This document shows, one piece after another, positions 1 through 13,499 of a stretch of DNA of 64,000 nucleotides (positions are counted from its first letter, which is position 1; every line of letters starts with the position of its first letter). A program made the translations under genes and the position numbers. The notes beneath the pieces are model-generated. The model searched no databases and had not been told where the DNA came from. It was given only the letters and a program-made list of their open reading frames with translations. The stretch is from contig CDLV01000018.1 of assembly GCA_001244265.2 (NCBI GenBank), forward strand, positions 186,001 to 250,000, read 5' to 3'. This DNA is from Microbotryum violaceum. Lineage: Eukaryota.

Positions 1-403
1 AGCCGTGTCGTGCCAGTAAGCTGACCATGGACTCACTCGCGGTACCCATGATCCGACTACTCTCCCTAATCAACTTGCCGTAGCTCTTTGTCAATTTCTT
101 CTCCTCCTCCTGCAATGCCTTGGCCTCCTCGAGCTCCTTGGTCGTCGCCGTCGTCATCGTCATCGTCATCGTCACCGTCATCGACGAGGGAGAGGTCTTG
201 CTACTCGATCCCACCTCCTCCTTGACCTTGGTGACACCTGACTTCTTTGCATTCAAAGTCGCTGAAGCTTTCGACGCGGTGAACGAAGAGTTGAGGGTGG
301 AGCCGGTCTTGGCCTTGGAGGAGGTTGCAGTGGACGTCGACAATGATCGACGTTTCGCGCCGGCCGAGGCAGATGAGGCTTTACTCGACTTGGAAGGCGC
401 CAT
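1..403 (-). CDS. 5' part of a spliced gene running off the window; Ser/Lys-rich N-terminus, possibly DNA polymerase delta subunit 4 (p12/Cdm1)-like
   Basis: ATG at 403 opens a frame MAPSKSSKASS...ELEEAKALQEEEKKLTKSYGKLIRESSRIMGTA ending at a GTGAGT donor at 36..31. The diagnostic C-terminal domain would lie outside the window. Confidence 0.35.
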   Translation of the reverse strand, partial: MAPSKSSKASSASAGAKRRSLSTSTATSSKAKTGSTLNSSFTASKASATLNAKKSGVTKVKEEVGSSSKTSPSSMTVTMTMTMTTATTKELEEAKALQEEEKKLTKSYGKLIRESSRIMGTASESMVSLLARHG

Positions 404-1859
404 GGTGGGCGTAGATCAAAGTGAAATGTAAGGGGCGCTGATGTGCCGGATTGTAATGGACCCCAATGATGAGCAAGCGGTTGAGGGGGCCGGTTGAGGG
501 GGGCAGGGGTGTGAAGCGAGCGAGCAAGCCCGGGCACAAGTTGAGTCAGTCAACCCGCTGCTCCATACTTCCATCTGAGACACTAGTATATTCCCAAAGT
601 TCTGTTTGGGAAAGAAAAAAATCACGTTGCGCAGGCCAAATCAAGTACTTTACAGGACCAAAAACACATGATTTCAAGTACACGTTTGCATACATCTCCC
701 AAGAGCTGTATCAGATTCATGCGGGAGTGGAGCGTGAGCTCAAGTTGACATGGCAACAGAAAGGAGGTCAGAACGGTACTATTCGGTGCGAGATGGGTTC
801 GCTCCGCGAGTCCCCTACAAATGGCGCATTGCATACTGGATTTGGTGGTATCCCTCCGGATTGGTAGCCTTAACCCTGGATTCCCCCGCGCAACATGTCG
901 TAGGTGAAGGATGCGCCGGACGGCGAGATTGACGATCGTTCACCGCCCAACCCCTTTTCAAGTTCGTCTGTCTGGATTGCGACATAAAAAGCGTCGACCT
1001 CGACTTGCCTGCCATCGCACCTCTCAAATGTCTGTCGGCCACAGACATATACTTAGAGCTTCCTATCCCACACCATTCGACTGTAGTGGTGTGTTTTCTC
1101 CATCGTTTCATGAGACGGAAGTACGACCGGCGTGAAGCTGAAGCTCAATGCCGTGACCTACGAAGTTCCTAACTTGGAAGTCGGGCCACTGTACTTGTGT
1201 TGGTGGCGATTGGCGCGCCACGGTGGTCATCGTCATCGTGGTCTCTATCTGACTCGACGTTGTGCCACTTGAGGATGCCTGTACGAAGCAAAAAACTCCC
1301 GACTTAAGAACCTGCTGGTGTGTAAGGTGACCCAACTTCCAAGTTCCGAGCTCAGTGGTGGCGCTGACACGCCATGACGCCCGCATTACACCAGTGCAAA
1401 GCTCTTCAGTGATCGAACCGAGGCAAATTGCTACACTACTTTGTGAGTTATTCATGATTCAAACTACTTTCCGAAACCAGCTTTACGTTCATGAGATCCT
1501 GACCAAGACTAGATTATAGTGTTTCTACCTCGATATTCAAGTGACAAGTTCGCATTCATGCAGAGCGCACGGCGATGTACCGTAAGGGCTTGGTGTAGTC
1601 AATCATTTGACAGGAGGCCAACCTGAACCACGTTCGACCAAAAGCAAAGCTCACGAAGAGCGACGGAGGTGATGAAGACAGATGCATTAGAAGACTAGGG
1701 GTGTCAGAAGGACGTGACGAGTATGACTACACACATGGGTCGGAAAAGGACTCGAAGAAGACAAGCTAAGGCGAAACGAAATGGAAACACATCATAGGCG
1801 TCGCACAGGACACAGGAAGACGTCAAAGGGCACTATTTCATGCTTGATCGTGGTCCGTA

Positions 1860-3276
1860 TCAGGACGAAGCCATGATCGACTCGTTCAATTCCGACAAAG
1901 GCGCCAACTCCTTTCGGTCGATCAGGTTGAACTGTACGCAGAATTCGTCATGGAGAAGAACGTCCAGTAAACATTCTAGGAAAGGCAACAAGGTCTCGAG
2001 CTGGACGTACCTCTGTGACAAACAACAAGAAATGCCGATAACTGGTGTTAATGTGAGCTTCGATACTGAGCGCGCATAACTGGGCGAAATGGTGGTTGTA
2101 GAGGTGGGCGTAGACGCGAAACAAGCGCCGGACGATCGACTTGACGGTCGCGACAAAGTTCTTGGGGAAAGCAACACCTAATACGGAGGGAGAGGTAAAA
2201 TTGAGCATGAATCTTGCTGAGGTACGCGCGTGTCTGATCGTCTCTGCTCAAGCTCACCGATCTTGCTCGGGAACACGGCCTCGTCGTCAAGTTGAGCCTG
2301 GGTCCAGTTCATCAGATGATCGACGTATTCTGGCGACCCATCGAAGCAAGCGCCGTCAGCTCTTGTCACCCGACGGTCCACAAATCCTTTCATGCCAGAG
2401 CCCTTCGAACGGACCAGGTGCTGACATCTTGGTCGGTTTCTTGAAGTTGACGCCGTCCTGCCAATGGTACTCGTAGCGCGGCCCTGCGCACATGACGGGG
2501 CATTCCTGAGGCGTGCAGAATTCTGTGACTGTCCCGTACTGCTCAGGTGTGTCCAAAAAGGGTGAGATCAGTCGAGAATCGACGATGCGTAGGTTGGGGG
2601 GTTGCTCCTTACGAGCATGTTGATCTGGTTGAAGAAATCAACGGCTGATAGTGGAGTGACTCGAGCGAATGTCAGATCCAGCAACAGACAATCGTAGGCA
2701 TGAATACAAACTGACTATTAATAGCCAACCATTCATTCAAGTCCTCCCCCTCGGGCAATACGACCGCCAACCTCAAGTTCCCGGAGCCGAGTCTGTTTGG
2801 AGTGGGCGGGGGCCGCGGCTTCAGTTGCAGGTTTCGATGAGCCAGGTTCCTTCTATCTCAAATGACTGACGTCGCTTCGGCGTATCTATTGTACAGGCAA
2901 TGGCGATGGTCAGCTTCACTATTCAAAGAAGCAACACCGCCCCCAGACCCGTTGGACCGCGGACGAGCGACCATGCTCGGAGACGACAGAACTGACTTCT
3001 TGAGCTGATACGACTTTGTATTCTCCTGCGTGTTCTGTGAAAGCATCGATCACCTTCCCGGTGGGTCTCATCCCTCTCGAGCTCGCTAGGAAGCCATCAC
3101 GGCCTTACTCGTCGGGGCTTGAACGTCGTCCGCGCTTTAGCCCTGTCAGTCCGAAGCAATCAATCGGACGACCGTGTCCATCAGCGATCAGCGCATCAGC
3201 TACCACGTCTTACCACGCCACGGCTGGAGCGCGCATCGTGAACTCACAAACCACCGACAGTCCCAAAGAAACTCAT
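1860..3276 (-). CDS. MOB1: Mob1/phocein-family kinase activator (multi-exon)
   Basis: Exons read MSFFG / TTFKPRR / [13 protein letters not shown] / YAEAT / [25 protein letters not shown] / [10 protein letters not shown] / [29 protein letters not shown] / EYVDHLMNW...FPSKIG / [24 protein letters not shown]...HINTSYRHF / [12 protein letters not shown], with GT-AG junctions. Confidence 0.95.
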
Positions 3277-3731
3277 AGCGTATAAATGCAGCTCGTGAGG
3301 GTCGTTATAGGGGGTAAGCAGAGATGTGATGAGGGCAGAAGGAACCCGCCGGGGCCGAGACAGCCGCCTCAAGTTGAATGACCCCCACGCGCTCCCACGC
3401 GTAAAACGACAGAGCGCGTGCGCGCGCATCCAGGCCAAACTCATGAGGTTTTCGATATTTCCGTCGTGGTTGCTTTACACAAGAAAAGGAAACGCTCGGC
3501 CCAAGATTTGCCCCTGTGACTACTAGGCACCATAGAATGGAAGAAAGAAGAATACACAGCACTAATTAAGAGAAAAGAGGTCGTCATCGAAGCTGGCGAG
3601 AGAGAAAATGAAGCAAACTAGCAAAGCCATGCTCAAAGAATATCCCGCCATCCTCGAGCTTGGGTAGTATGTGGTGGGGACACACGAAGTACGCGGTCGT
3701 CAATTTTTACATTTCTTGCACACCCACCTTT

Positions 3732-6700
3732 TTACAGCCCAGCTGTACCCCCTCCACCCGTACTCCCTCCAGTTCCGCCCTGCCCTGCTCCATGCTCCTG
3801 ATGTTGATGCCCCTGACCGCCACTCGCACTTCCCCCTTGCCCACCGGACGAAGACGAGGGTGGGTTCGCGAAATCGAAATGAGGGAACGAATGGCCGAAA
3901 GGATTCGGTGACCCAGGTCGAGAATGCATCGGTGTGATGCTCCAATGATCCCCCATTGTGCCCAACATCGTCCCTGTTCCCCCTGACAGGCCTTGGAGTG
4001 GTCCTCCGAAACCGGGCATGAGCTGTGGGAGGGAAGACGACGCACTGTTAGTTGGGTGTCCGAGAACAATGTGGCACTCGTCGAGAGACTTACCATATTG
4101 TCCCAGAACCCTCCGTTGCTCAGCATCGAGTCCATCGCCAACGAATCGAAATGCTCATTGTTCGTCGACGAGTGGTGCTCGGATCCCCCCGCCGCACCTT
4201 CGAGCCCTTCACCACCAGGCGAGTTGGCCCTCGATTTCAAGTAGGACTCCATCCCCACACCAGCACCACCGCTCATCGACGCCGCGCCATGGGCAGGCGA
4301 AGAAGGTCGCGTTGCTGCCCTCGAGCCAGGGGCCGTCCGTCCCGTGTTGAGCTTGTTGTCGATCAAAGCGCGCAGGAACGACGCATACAGAGCAGGGGTG
4401 TGCGTATCATCGATCGCGGCACGTTCGAATGTCTCGGCGACGTTGCGTACCAAACGGATCGCCGACTCCTCGTCAATGATGTGAGTGAAGGAAGGCGATA
4501 CGAGTTTGAGCAGGAATGTCGCTGCGTACGAGAGGTACACAAACGTTGAATCGATCGCGTAGCGCAGGATGCCGGTCGGCTCGAGCACATCGCGAGCGAT
4601 ACCGATCATGATAGACGCTGATTCAAAGACCATGACGGTGTAGCTCGGCAGATCGATCGTCGATTGGGGATTGTCGAGCGCGTGCTGGATCGCAAAGGAG
4701 AGGAGGAAGAGGCGGTAACTGGGAACATGAGAGCTGATTAGTAAGAGTGCGGTGTAGAGTGCGCAGCAGCAGCACGCACTAGGAGTGGTAAAAGTCGCGC
4801 ATGCTATGGCGAATCGAATCTGGCGTGTAGGCCGACTCAGGCAGGGTCGAGACCCCTTCGGTCCAATCCGAACGCCATTGATCGAGTTGGCCAAGGAAGG
4901 ACCTCATCAAGAGGGGATAATCGAGACTAGGGTTCAGTCCCGAAACTGATCTTGTGTCACTGTAAAGGGTGTCGAGCATGCGTCCGACAATCCTAATGGG
5001 GGGAAAGGGAAAGAGAAAACCTTGTCGATCAGTCACCAGGTCCATGGGTCTCGTATCTTTGCCTTTACCCACCTGTGCATCTCGACCATGGCCGACAAGC
5101 CGCTGTCCGAAGGCTGCGCCCCGGGTTGCAGAAACCACGTCCTCGCATTACGAATGAGGTAGTCTTCCTTGGGGATCGAAAATGGTTTCCCCATTTGCGT
5201 TGAGATGGACCGATCGGCGATGTAGGTGTACATCCACGCGCGCTCGCGGTTCATCAGTTCGCGTTGGTAGAGCGCTTTCGTCTCCTCGCTGACGTCGGCG
5301 GGGAGGTTCGTTAAGGTCTTGCGATGGAGGTTCAAGTCGGTCGCCATTCGAATCGCAATACCCGAGAATTGGTCTGAAGAACGCGCAAAGGACATTCGTC
5401 AGTACAAGCGGAGGAGGCTCGATGTGGTCTGCCTCATAAAAAGGAACTGACACGTCCGCTCCTCTTCGAAACGCTCCGCGGGCTGATTCCAGTTACATAA
5501 CAGCAGGAAACCTTGGCAGATTTCGGTACTCTGTTCAAAGAAAGGAGATAATAAGCGGCGGTATCCCTACCGACGCGACCGGAGGAAGAAGGGCTGACCT
5601 TGAAACCTTTTGTCGTCACATCGAACGCGACCCTCATCGCGACTCGATGACACTTGCGATAAAGATCATCTTTGCGCTTGGTATAATACCGTGCCGCGAC
5701 CGTACAGATGCACGTGAACAAGAACGGACTCCGACTGCCTGTTGCTGCAGGGGTATGGATATCGGCATCGAGGAAAGGGGCTGAGCGGTGGCAGTGCGTA
5801 AAGAAGATGGCGAAGAGCTCGACGACCTCCTCGACGGTGACAATCTTCTCCTCGAGGATTGCGGGAGGACCTCGCTGTTCGATCACGATGCGCCGTACGG
5901 GAAGGATGTTCATGGGACCAGGCATAAAGTACCTGTGAAAGTTGTAATTAGATCAGGTTCTAAGCCTCCGAGAGAATCTTGCACGGGGCAAACTGACTGA
6001 GGGTTGCCCATCCCAAGTTTTTCCCTCTTGGCCGGTGGCTCGTTCGCCGACTCTTCCTTTCCATAAGAAGGTTCCAACACATCCGCAACCGAGACGGCCG
6101 TGCGTTTGCGCGTGTTCTGCAACGAAGCTTCGGCGAGCAAACCGAGCGGGTTCAGGGTATTGTCCGGCAACGAATGCAGCCTCGGGCTCCCATCTCTCGT
6201 CTGACCATTCCGGTCGCCACGGATTCCACTCCATTCAATCGTCGTTCGCGGCTTATTCTCACCCCCGGGCCCAAAGTTGGGGCTGCCGGACGAGATGCTG
6301 CTATTGTGGAAGTTGTGCGGACTGGCACCGGTCGGGATGTCGCCCGAGCTCGCTCCTGCGGCACCGACGGATCCCGGGTCGCGTGGAGTCGCTCCCTGCC
6401 CCGATCCTCGGTTCATGGCGGACAGGTCCGAGGTCGACATTTGCATCAACCCAGACGAGGTGAGCATCGAAGGATTCGAAATAGACTTGAGCACGGTCTC
6501 GAGCGTCGCTTCCATTTTTTTGAGTGACTTGGCCTGCCAACGCAACAAGTTGCATCGAGCTATCATTAGTCTATCGCAAGATCAAACGAATAGTATCTCG
6601 CCACTGACCATCATGTCGGTCTTGCGGTTCGATCGTCGACCCCTCTGCGACTCTTCAAAGATGCACTGTGTAGTGATGTCGATCAGCTCCCGTTGCTAGG

Positions 6701-7343
6701 CACGAAACACTCTCCCCCACAAACTGACCTCGTGCTTTCCATTCTTGCACCTCTTGCAAGGCGGACCATCCTCGGCGCCGACGCAACGCATTTTCAACTT
6801 GCGACATACGGTACAAGCGCGACTCCCCCTCGTCGACTTCTTCTTCTCCAACGGCGTGTTGGCCCCATCGCCATCGCCATCGCCACCTCCTCCCGCACCT
6901 CCACCCCCATTCGCTCCATCTTCATCGTCGTCGTCCTCTTCATCCTCTTCGTCGTCCAGGTCGTCTTCGTCGGCCGCACTGGCGACAACTTGGATCGAGC
7001 TACTCCGGCCGCGACTGGTGCTAGCCGAACCCCCGGCCGCGACCACGGCAGCGACTCGGTTCGACGTGCCGAACGTCGTTGTAGGTGTAGCAACAGACGA
7101 GGACGAAGCTGGAGCCGCCTCGTTGCTATTGCTGTTGTTGTTGCTATTCCATCCGTTCGCAGCCGCATTTGAGGTCGCAACGGTAAGAGCGTTCCAGTCC
7201 ATGGCTCGGGGTGAATGGCCCCCGGGTACGACCGCCGCGGACGAATAATGGTGGTGGTGGTGATGACCCCCCGTGCCGCCGCCAGTCAGTTTGTGGTGCA
7301 AGACACCACTCGACACGAGACTACTCGTACTTCCTCCGGCCAT
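3732..7343 (-). CDS. Zn(II)2Cys6 fungal transcription factor, PriB-like (multi-exon)
   Basis: RGSRACTVCRKLKMRCVGAEDGPPCKRCKNGKHE zinc cluster (~6730-6820). Also NPLGLLAEASL and the fungal TF middle region SGIAIRMATDLNLHRK...RERAWMYTYIADRSISTQMGKP. Start codon is approximate. Confidence 0.88.
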
Positions 7344-7553
7344 CGTTGTCAGTGTCCTGCTCGAGGTCAACGCCGCGGGCTGCAACGGTTGATGAGACAA
7401 GGACAAGCACGACGACGACGACGACGACGACGATCGGTGCTGCTGCTGTTGCAAGTCGGGCGAAGACGTGGAGCGGCGCGCTGGTAGAGTCGAACTCGCG
7501 CCGGCTGACGGAGCAGCGCAAGAAGCGCCAGCCCACCCACCGCCCGGGTCGCC

Positions 7554-7609
7554 GCCCGGGTCGCCGCCCAAGCCGGCGGCGCTAGCCGAGCCCGTAGGCG
7601 GTTCCGCTC
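7554..7609 (+). repeat. GC-rich dispersed direct repeat, copy 1 (copy 2 at 14666..14718)
   Basis: GCCCGGGTCGCCGCCCAAG (19 bp) and GCGCTAGCCGAGCCCGTAGGCGGTTCCGCTC (31 bp) are identical in both copies. Confidence 0.9.
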
Positions 7610-7748
7610 TTCCTCTAATTGCTCAACCGAAGAAAGACTACTTGGTCCTAAGCTCAACTAAGCCCTCCCTCTGGGAGGGGCTTAGGACTTATCGGCGCGC
7701 CTGGCCCAGTTGCCCTCCGAAATTTCAGGGCCAATTTGGGGTGGTTCT

Positions 7749-10700
7749 CTGTAGCGTGGCAAGTACTTACAATTATCCAAAACGCAGAGATGTTATAGAT
7801 CTTCTACTAGAAAAAATGGCCTGTGCCGAACGACAAGAGGATACCCCATCTGTAGGCGAAGCTATAATGATCTGAAGTATGCAAACTTGGTCAATTTGGT
7901 CCCAAGTGGTCCGTGCGGCAGCACGCTGCTGCAGCCGCCGGCTTGCGCACTTCGGCGTGTGCGCATCGGTTTCTCTCCCGTCCCATCCCGCATCACTTGT
8001 CTTCTCGTTACTATGCTCTTCGCTTGTTCTCGGTGCAACACCGCGCTTATCTCAGAATGACGCGGAAGCGCAGACGCTATGACTCGACGACTCGCCAGGA
8101 TCGCCGCCGTCAAGCGGATCTATTCGCTCGGTTTCGGCTTCATAAGCTCTCACAATGTCAATACCTCTCGTGATATTTCAGCCCATCAACACAACACAGC
8201 GGTGTTTATAATCATAGGACAAAGCTCTTCAACAGTAATTGGACCCAGCTCAAGCATGTACTTGATCTCATCATACAACTCGCCCGCGAAGATGGCCCAG
8301 ACGCACGAGGCCGAATCAATAATTGGATTGCCAACCAGGTGGGTAACCCTCCAGCATATCAGATCAGGATACAAGACCGCGGCAAGGCCTCTTAAACACT
8401 TGCATCATACCTGTACAATCTGACTCAATCATTGTGAAAGAGATGAAACGAACCAGATCCGCCTTCGTCTCCAGCCACGACATGGCTCCTGAAGTCTTTG
8501 CATCTGATCAGATTGACGCACGCCTCGACGCAATAGTCGAAAGCAACTCTTTCATCAGTGGACGCATCCGCAACCTCCTGTCTCACTGTGGAGACCCACC
8601 ACCAGTCGAAGAATCAAACTGCGACAACCTCATCTCGGATTCTACGGACGTTGACATGGAGGACGCTCAAGAGGATAGCTCTGGTTCGGATGCAGAACGG
8701 GGGCGTTTCAAGGAGCATCATGTATCATTTGTGCGTAGTTATGGCCTGAGCTTAGCCCCTTGGTCAAAGTCACATTGATGAAGGCGTTTATTGACTTGCC
8801 GCAGTTTTGTCGCTCGATAATGGGTCAGATCGCCTTCGCGTGTAACCGATGAAACAATGCTATGCAGCATCGTAACGGTCTCATGGCTCTCGCACGTGGA
8901 GCGAACGATCGGTTGACGACGTTCCTGTACGACTGTGGCCTCACGACCTCTCGCCGTACAACTCGACGAGCAGCTTTGAGCCTGACAATGGCCAATTTGG
9001 CGTTGCTGAAGGAGATCGGGTCAACCCGCTACTTCCATGTCACTCTTGACAACATCGACGTTGCACATCACGTCAATGACGAACAACCTGATCGACGTTC
9101 CGAGCTGCTTCATGGGACTTTATGATTTGCGCACGTTCAGAATGGAGACGTGGCCAAAGCGTACGACCTTCAAGCATACATTGCGCATCAAGCGTTGTTA
9201 CCTCCGGTCGATGTAAACCTTTTCTTGCCCGCTGAAGCGTCTGAGGAGGCCTTCGCCACAGGGTTTTCCGCCCAGATGTATCGAGCGCTTGCCCGACTGG
9301 TTCCTCATCTCGGCCTCACGCTTCACGATCCTCGGTGCAGACCAGAGCCAATCGAACAACTGGAAGTCCGAAAACCCGACATTACTTTGCTTCAGATGAT
9401 GGACGAATCCGATACATCCACCGCAGATGTAGCAAAAGTCATCGACCGTCTGCGGATGCAACTCGGACTCTCGGAGAAAGAATACGCGGACTCTCTACGG
9501 ACACTCGAATGTGATGGCGGGACCTCAATGCTTGTCGAGTCACTTCGTAGGAACCGCTTTCCGTTTCGACGACTGTACGATGGACTAGGGACTACAATTA
9601 CAGTTCCAGGCGTGGCTCATTTGCAGTGATGCATTGGGGCAGCAATCTACCGACGATACTTTGGGGATCCGTTGGAAGGATCGAAATATCGAGGGTCGCT
9701 TTTCATCACCGCTAATCTACTTGGCCGCAAAGGACTGGACCCCCAAAAAATCAAGGACTACAACCAGATGGAAAGGCTGCTTCGAGACACCGCTCAACTG
9801 GAGCTGTTGAGCCGTCTTCTGTGAGTGATATGGTCCCAAACTATGCACATAAAGCCAAGGGCAAAATGATGTTATGCGCTGCTAACGGCTCGTTCTGTTA
9901 TGCATGCAGACAAGAACTTGGCCTCAAATCAATTGACGAGCTCAGACAAACCCACCTCACTGGACTCGATGTCGCGATCATGAGGGTCTTCGATCGATAC
10001 TTGCACTCTGACGTTGTGCAGCGAGCAAAGGTGAACATGGAAAAGGCTCCCGTGTTCTATTAATCGCTCCTTCGGCTGCGCGACTTGGTCGATTTCGAGG
10101 AAGGGTATTACGCCACTTTGCAAGGAGACATTGGTCGACTCATACATTGTTGAGAGCGCATGTCTCCCTTCCTCCAGGCCGCTGAAGGCGTTCCCACTAC
10201 CGAGCGCATCTGCTACAATTACTCCTTCCTATCAAGTCCTCGCCAAAGTGGTCGACCAAGAGGAGTCTGAGCTTCTTGCGTAACTCAATCGGGTCAACTC
10301 GATCTTCTTGAGTCAATTGTGATCTCCAGTGAGCAGCCCGAGAGCAAGGGGTAGGCAGCTCGGGGGTTGTGTTGGTTAATTGATGGTCCCTCGAGGTCGT
10401 TGGCTTTGCCCTCGAAGCTGATCGTAAAGGCGACTCTCTGAACTCAATCGATGGAGACCGACGAGGTGTGCCCTTGACAGGTGTTGGCGTTTGTACGGGC
10501 ATGGTGGATCATGAGGGCGGTAGCGACGTCGTGGACTGGCGTTGTGGACCGAAGGTGAGACCGGTGAGGCCCGGCTGGCTGATTCACGTCGGCGCGAAGA
10601 ACCGTCCCTCTGGGTCCGTGCGCGAGCCAGCTCCAAGACGAAAATAACGACTTCTCACCGCTGTAGCTCAATGAATAGGAGTTGCAAGAGTCTTCCCTTG

Positions 10701-10780
10701 GAGTATATGCTCGAAAAAATAGCATAAGAGTAACCCTTTTGCAACGATTGTATAGGTTGTTTTTATTTGCCATGCTACAG
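7749..10780 (+). mobile_element. Putative ~3.0 kb TIR DNA transposon carrying a DUF6589-like gene
   Basis: CTGTAGCGTGGCAAGTA (7749..7765) matches the reverse complement of 10764..10780, CTGTAGCATGGCAAATA, at 15/17, with weaker similarity further in. No exact TSD seen. Confidence 0.6.
8434..10500 (+). pseudogene. DUF6589-like putative transposase pseudogene
   Basis: Motifs NNAMQHRNGL...GLTTSRRT...TLDNIDV.HHV...LLHGT and QMMDESD...ECDGGT...PGVAHLQ are typical of DUF6589-type proteins of rust/smut-group fungi. In-frame stops at 8850, 9123, 9627, 10061 and 10151; intron ~9821..9909. Ends are approximate. Confidence 0.65.
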
Positions 10781-10810
10781 CAAGGTGGTACTTTTCTGGG
10801 CCAAATTTCG

Positions 10811-13497
10811 TTTTTTTTTTTTTTTTTTTTTTTTTTGACTGGGGCTCATAAATTGCTATCCTTCGGGTTGGCTGGGACCGCTACAAAAAGAGCTAAAGGA
10901 GGTTATAAAGCAACGACGGCAAGCAGTTGGGTGAAAGTCAAACCCCTGCGCGCAAAGAGCGCTGCGCAGTTCAAAGCCCGCCGAGCACCTAACGCGGACT
11001 CCAACGGACGGTGAGTACTGCTGCCGCTTCACGTCCCAAGAGCGGGAGCGAAGATACTCGAAAACCAGGCAAGAGCGCCTAGAGAAAGAAGGGGGAGAGT
11101 ATACAGAAAGTCACGACTGGGTAAACGGAGAACCAGGAATATTAAGACAGAGAGGAGGGGAACACACCCGAGGGGCCAAGGGAGGGGGTCGAAGCCGGAG
11201 GTAGAGGTCCCCAGGGACTAACAGGCCGCAGCCAAGCCCCAGCTACTCGTCACCCCGACAGCGCCTGATGTCCTCCCTTGGCTGAATCTCGAGTGCTGGC
11301 TGCTGAGCCGTCGGGGCCGAGTGAAAAGCGATCCAGTACAACGAAACGAGCCTCGCCTTGACGCGAGGATATTGACCGGAAACGAGCGACCTTCCTTCCC
11401 GAGCCATGCCGTAGATCTTGACCAACGCGAACGAACGAACCATTCAACGGAATCCAACACACGGCTTAGGAGTAAAAGGGGAAGTGGCTGAAGCGTAGTC
11501 AACAACCGAGCAACAGGAACGGGAAGAGGAAGGGAAGGGAAAAAGGGGGGAAAGGAGAGGGGAAAACTTCGCAAAGCCTCCAACGCAAAGACGATCGACC
11601 CGGCTTGCCGATCCATCCAAGAACGAAAACCGCGACTGCGCAAAGTAGAAAGGGAGGGAGAGGTGCGCAGCCTTCCACTGCGCAACAAGTTTCAAGACAG
11701 TCAGCTTCTGAAAGAGAAGTCGACCTCCGAAAAAGAAGGGAGGAAAGGAGGGGAGGAAAACTGGGAAGGAAGGACTTAACTCGGTCATCACACCTCCCAA
11801 TCTCGAGCCCCAGGCACAAAGCCCACTCGAGAGAGAAAATCTCGCTCGAACGCTCTGAGTGCACTGGGGAGCGAGGGAGGGGCCACGACCTTGTCCAGCT
11901 CGAACCGCTGATGAACGCGCCAGCGGAGCAGGTGCAGCCGCTGGAAGCCGATCGCGCAAGCCAGCCGAACCCACATCCATTTCGAGGTCGTTCTCCCACG
12001 ACCCCGCAAAAGGGGGAGCCCCATAGTCAGCTGCTCCGGAGTGAACGTCGACGGATCGACGTCGGTATCCTCGATGCCAAGCTTGTCGAACAGAATGCGA
12101 AGCACCCCGCCCCAGAAGCTGGTCGAGTACGCGCACTCGAAAAAGTAGTGCGACACTGTCTCGATGACGGCTGCATCGTTGCCGCAGAACAGACACGTCG
12201 GCGAAGAGGCATGACCCTGAGTATGCTGCCTCTTGCGCGTCGGCGTCACGTCGTATATGAGCCGCCAGTGGGTGTCCTGCTTCACAGCAGACGTGAACCG
12301 GTCATGAAGCCATCTCCAGAAGCGCTTCCTATCGCTTTGAGAAGTCCCATCACGGAAACGCTTGATACGATCCTCCCTCCCTGGGAACCGAACCACGTTC
12401 ACAAGCCGACGAAGCTTGCGAATAGTGAACGGTCGGGTGAGCCCAAAGAAGATGAAGCATCGAGGACGGGGAGCCTCCTTGAGAGGTATCCGAGCAGGTC
12501 GCAACGCGGTCTTGGGCAGCAAGGCTTTCGCCTTGAGCAACTGACCCACGCGCGACCACACGTGCTCGTGCTGTAGGGCGGGTTCCTTAGAGTGCTGCCA
12601 GAACCCGCGTCGATGACCAACCAGAGCCCAGCCCTTCCCTTCATCCCTCCAGTACAGGTCCACGATCTGCGCAAACTTCCCCACTGCGTCCGCATCGTCA
12701 TATGCGTGCTTGGCACCTTCAGCATAGAGTGAAGGGAGGGGGGGGGGCGAGGCGGAAGCGAGAGCAATTCGGAGAGCGTAAGGAGTTCGGACTTGATGGT
12801 TGGAACTGTGACGCTGGCCGCTGCAACGACTGCCCCCCAGCGCGTCGAGTCGCGATACAGCTTCTCGAGCCGAGCCGTGCTGCTGAAGAACCGCCACGGA
12901 CTGAAATCGCGGGTCGCAGCGACGAGGGACCTCCAGCTCTCGCGAGCTAGAGGCGCCCAGATCGCCTCGTTCGAGCCCGCCACAGCATCCCAAAATCGAA
13001 GCGCCACCGAATGAACGATTTCGCCGATCGAAATCAAGCCCAAGCCACCGTCCTCCCGAGCCTGGAACACGAAATCGCGAGCGACGGTATTTCGCCCTGC
13101 TCCTCCCCAGACAAGATCCGTAAGTGCTGTCTCCGCCGCCTTAATGAATCATTGAGGCGGTATGTCGAAGGACAGCACGTGGAGGACCATCGAGATGATG
13201 TGAGCGTTGGTATAGAAGACCTTCCCACTCGGCGAAAGTGTCCGGTCTCCAGCGGCGCGGGTCTTGGCTTTGATCCTGTCAAGAACATGGGTCCAAAACA
13301 GTTTCGAGTCACCGAAAGGCATCGCCGCACCACTTGAAGCTCTCCCCCTCCTGCACTGTTGGCAGCGCCTGCGCAGTCTCGTCCCGAAGCCAGTTCGGTC
13401 CGAGTGGTAGCACCAGCGTCTTGTCCGTGTTGGTCTTCCCGTTGGTTGCCTATAGGCAAATCAGCCAGAGCGCGGGGCGACAAAGTAGGGACCTCTT
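10811..13497 (-). mobile_element. 5'-truncated non-LTR retrotransposon (L1/Tx1-type), ORF2 C-terminal half plus long 3' UTR
   Basis: LSPSGKVFYTN, VFQAREDGGLGLI and the zf-RVT motif CLFCGNDAAVIETVSHYFFEC, with frameshifts and stops. A T26 tract at 10811..10836 may be the poly(A) tail; the 3' boundary is uncertain (10811-10915). Confidence 0.85.
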
Positions 13498-13499
13498 GT

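Noticed and set aside
466-1800. Short ORFs between the first gene and MOB1
   Set aside because: No recognisable family; probably intergenic or UTR.
11605-12576. 323-aa plus-strand ORF and similar long antisense ORFs (16413..17177, 48821..49780)
   Set aside because: Shadow frames of GC-rich coding sequence on the opposite strand.
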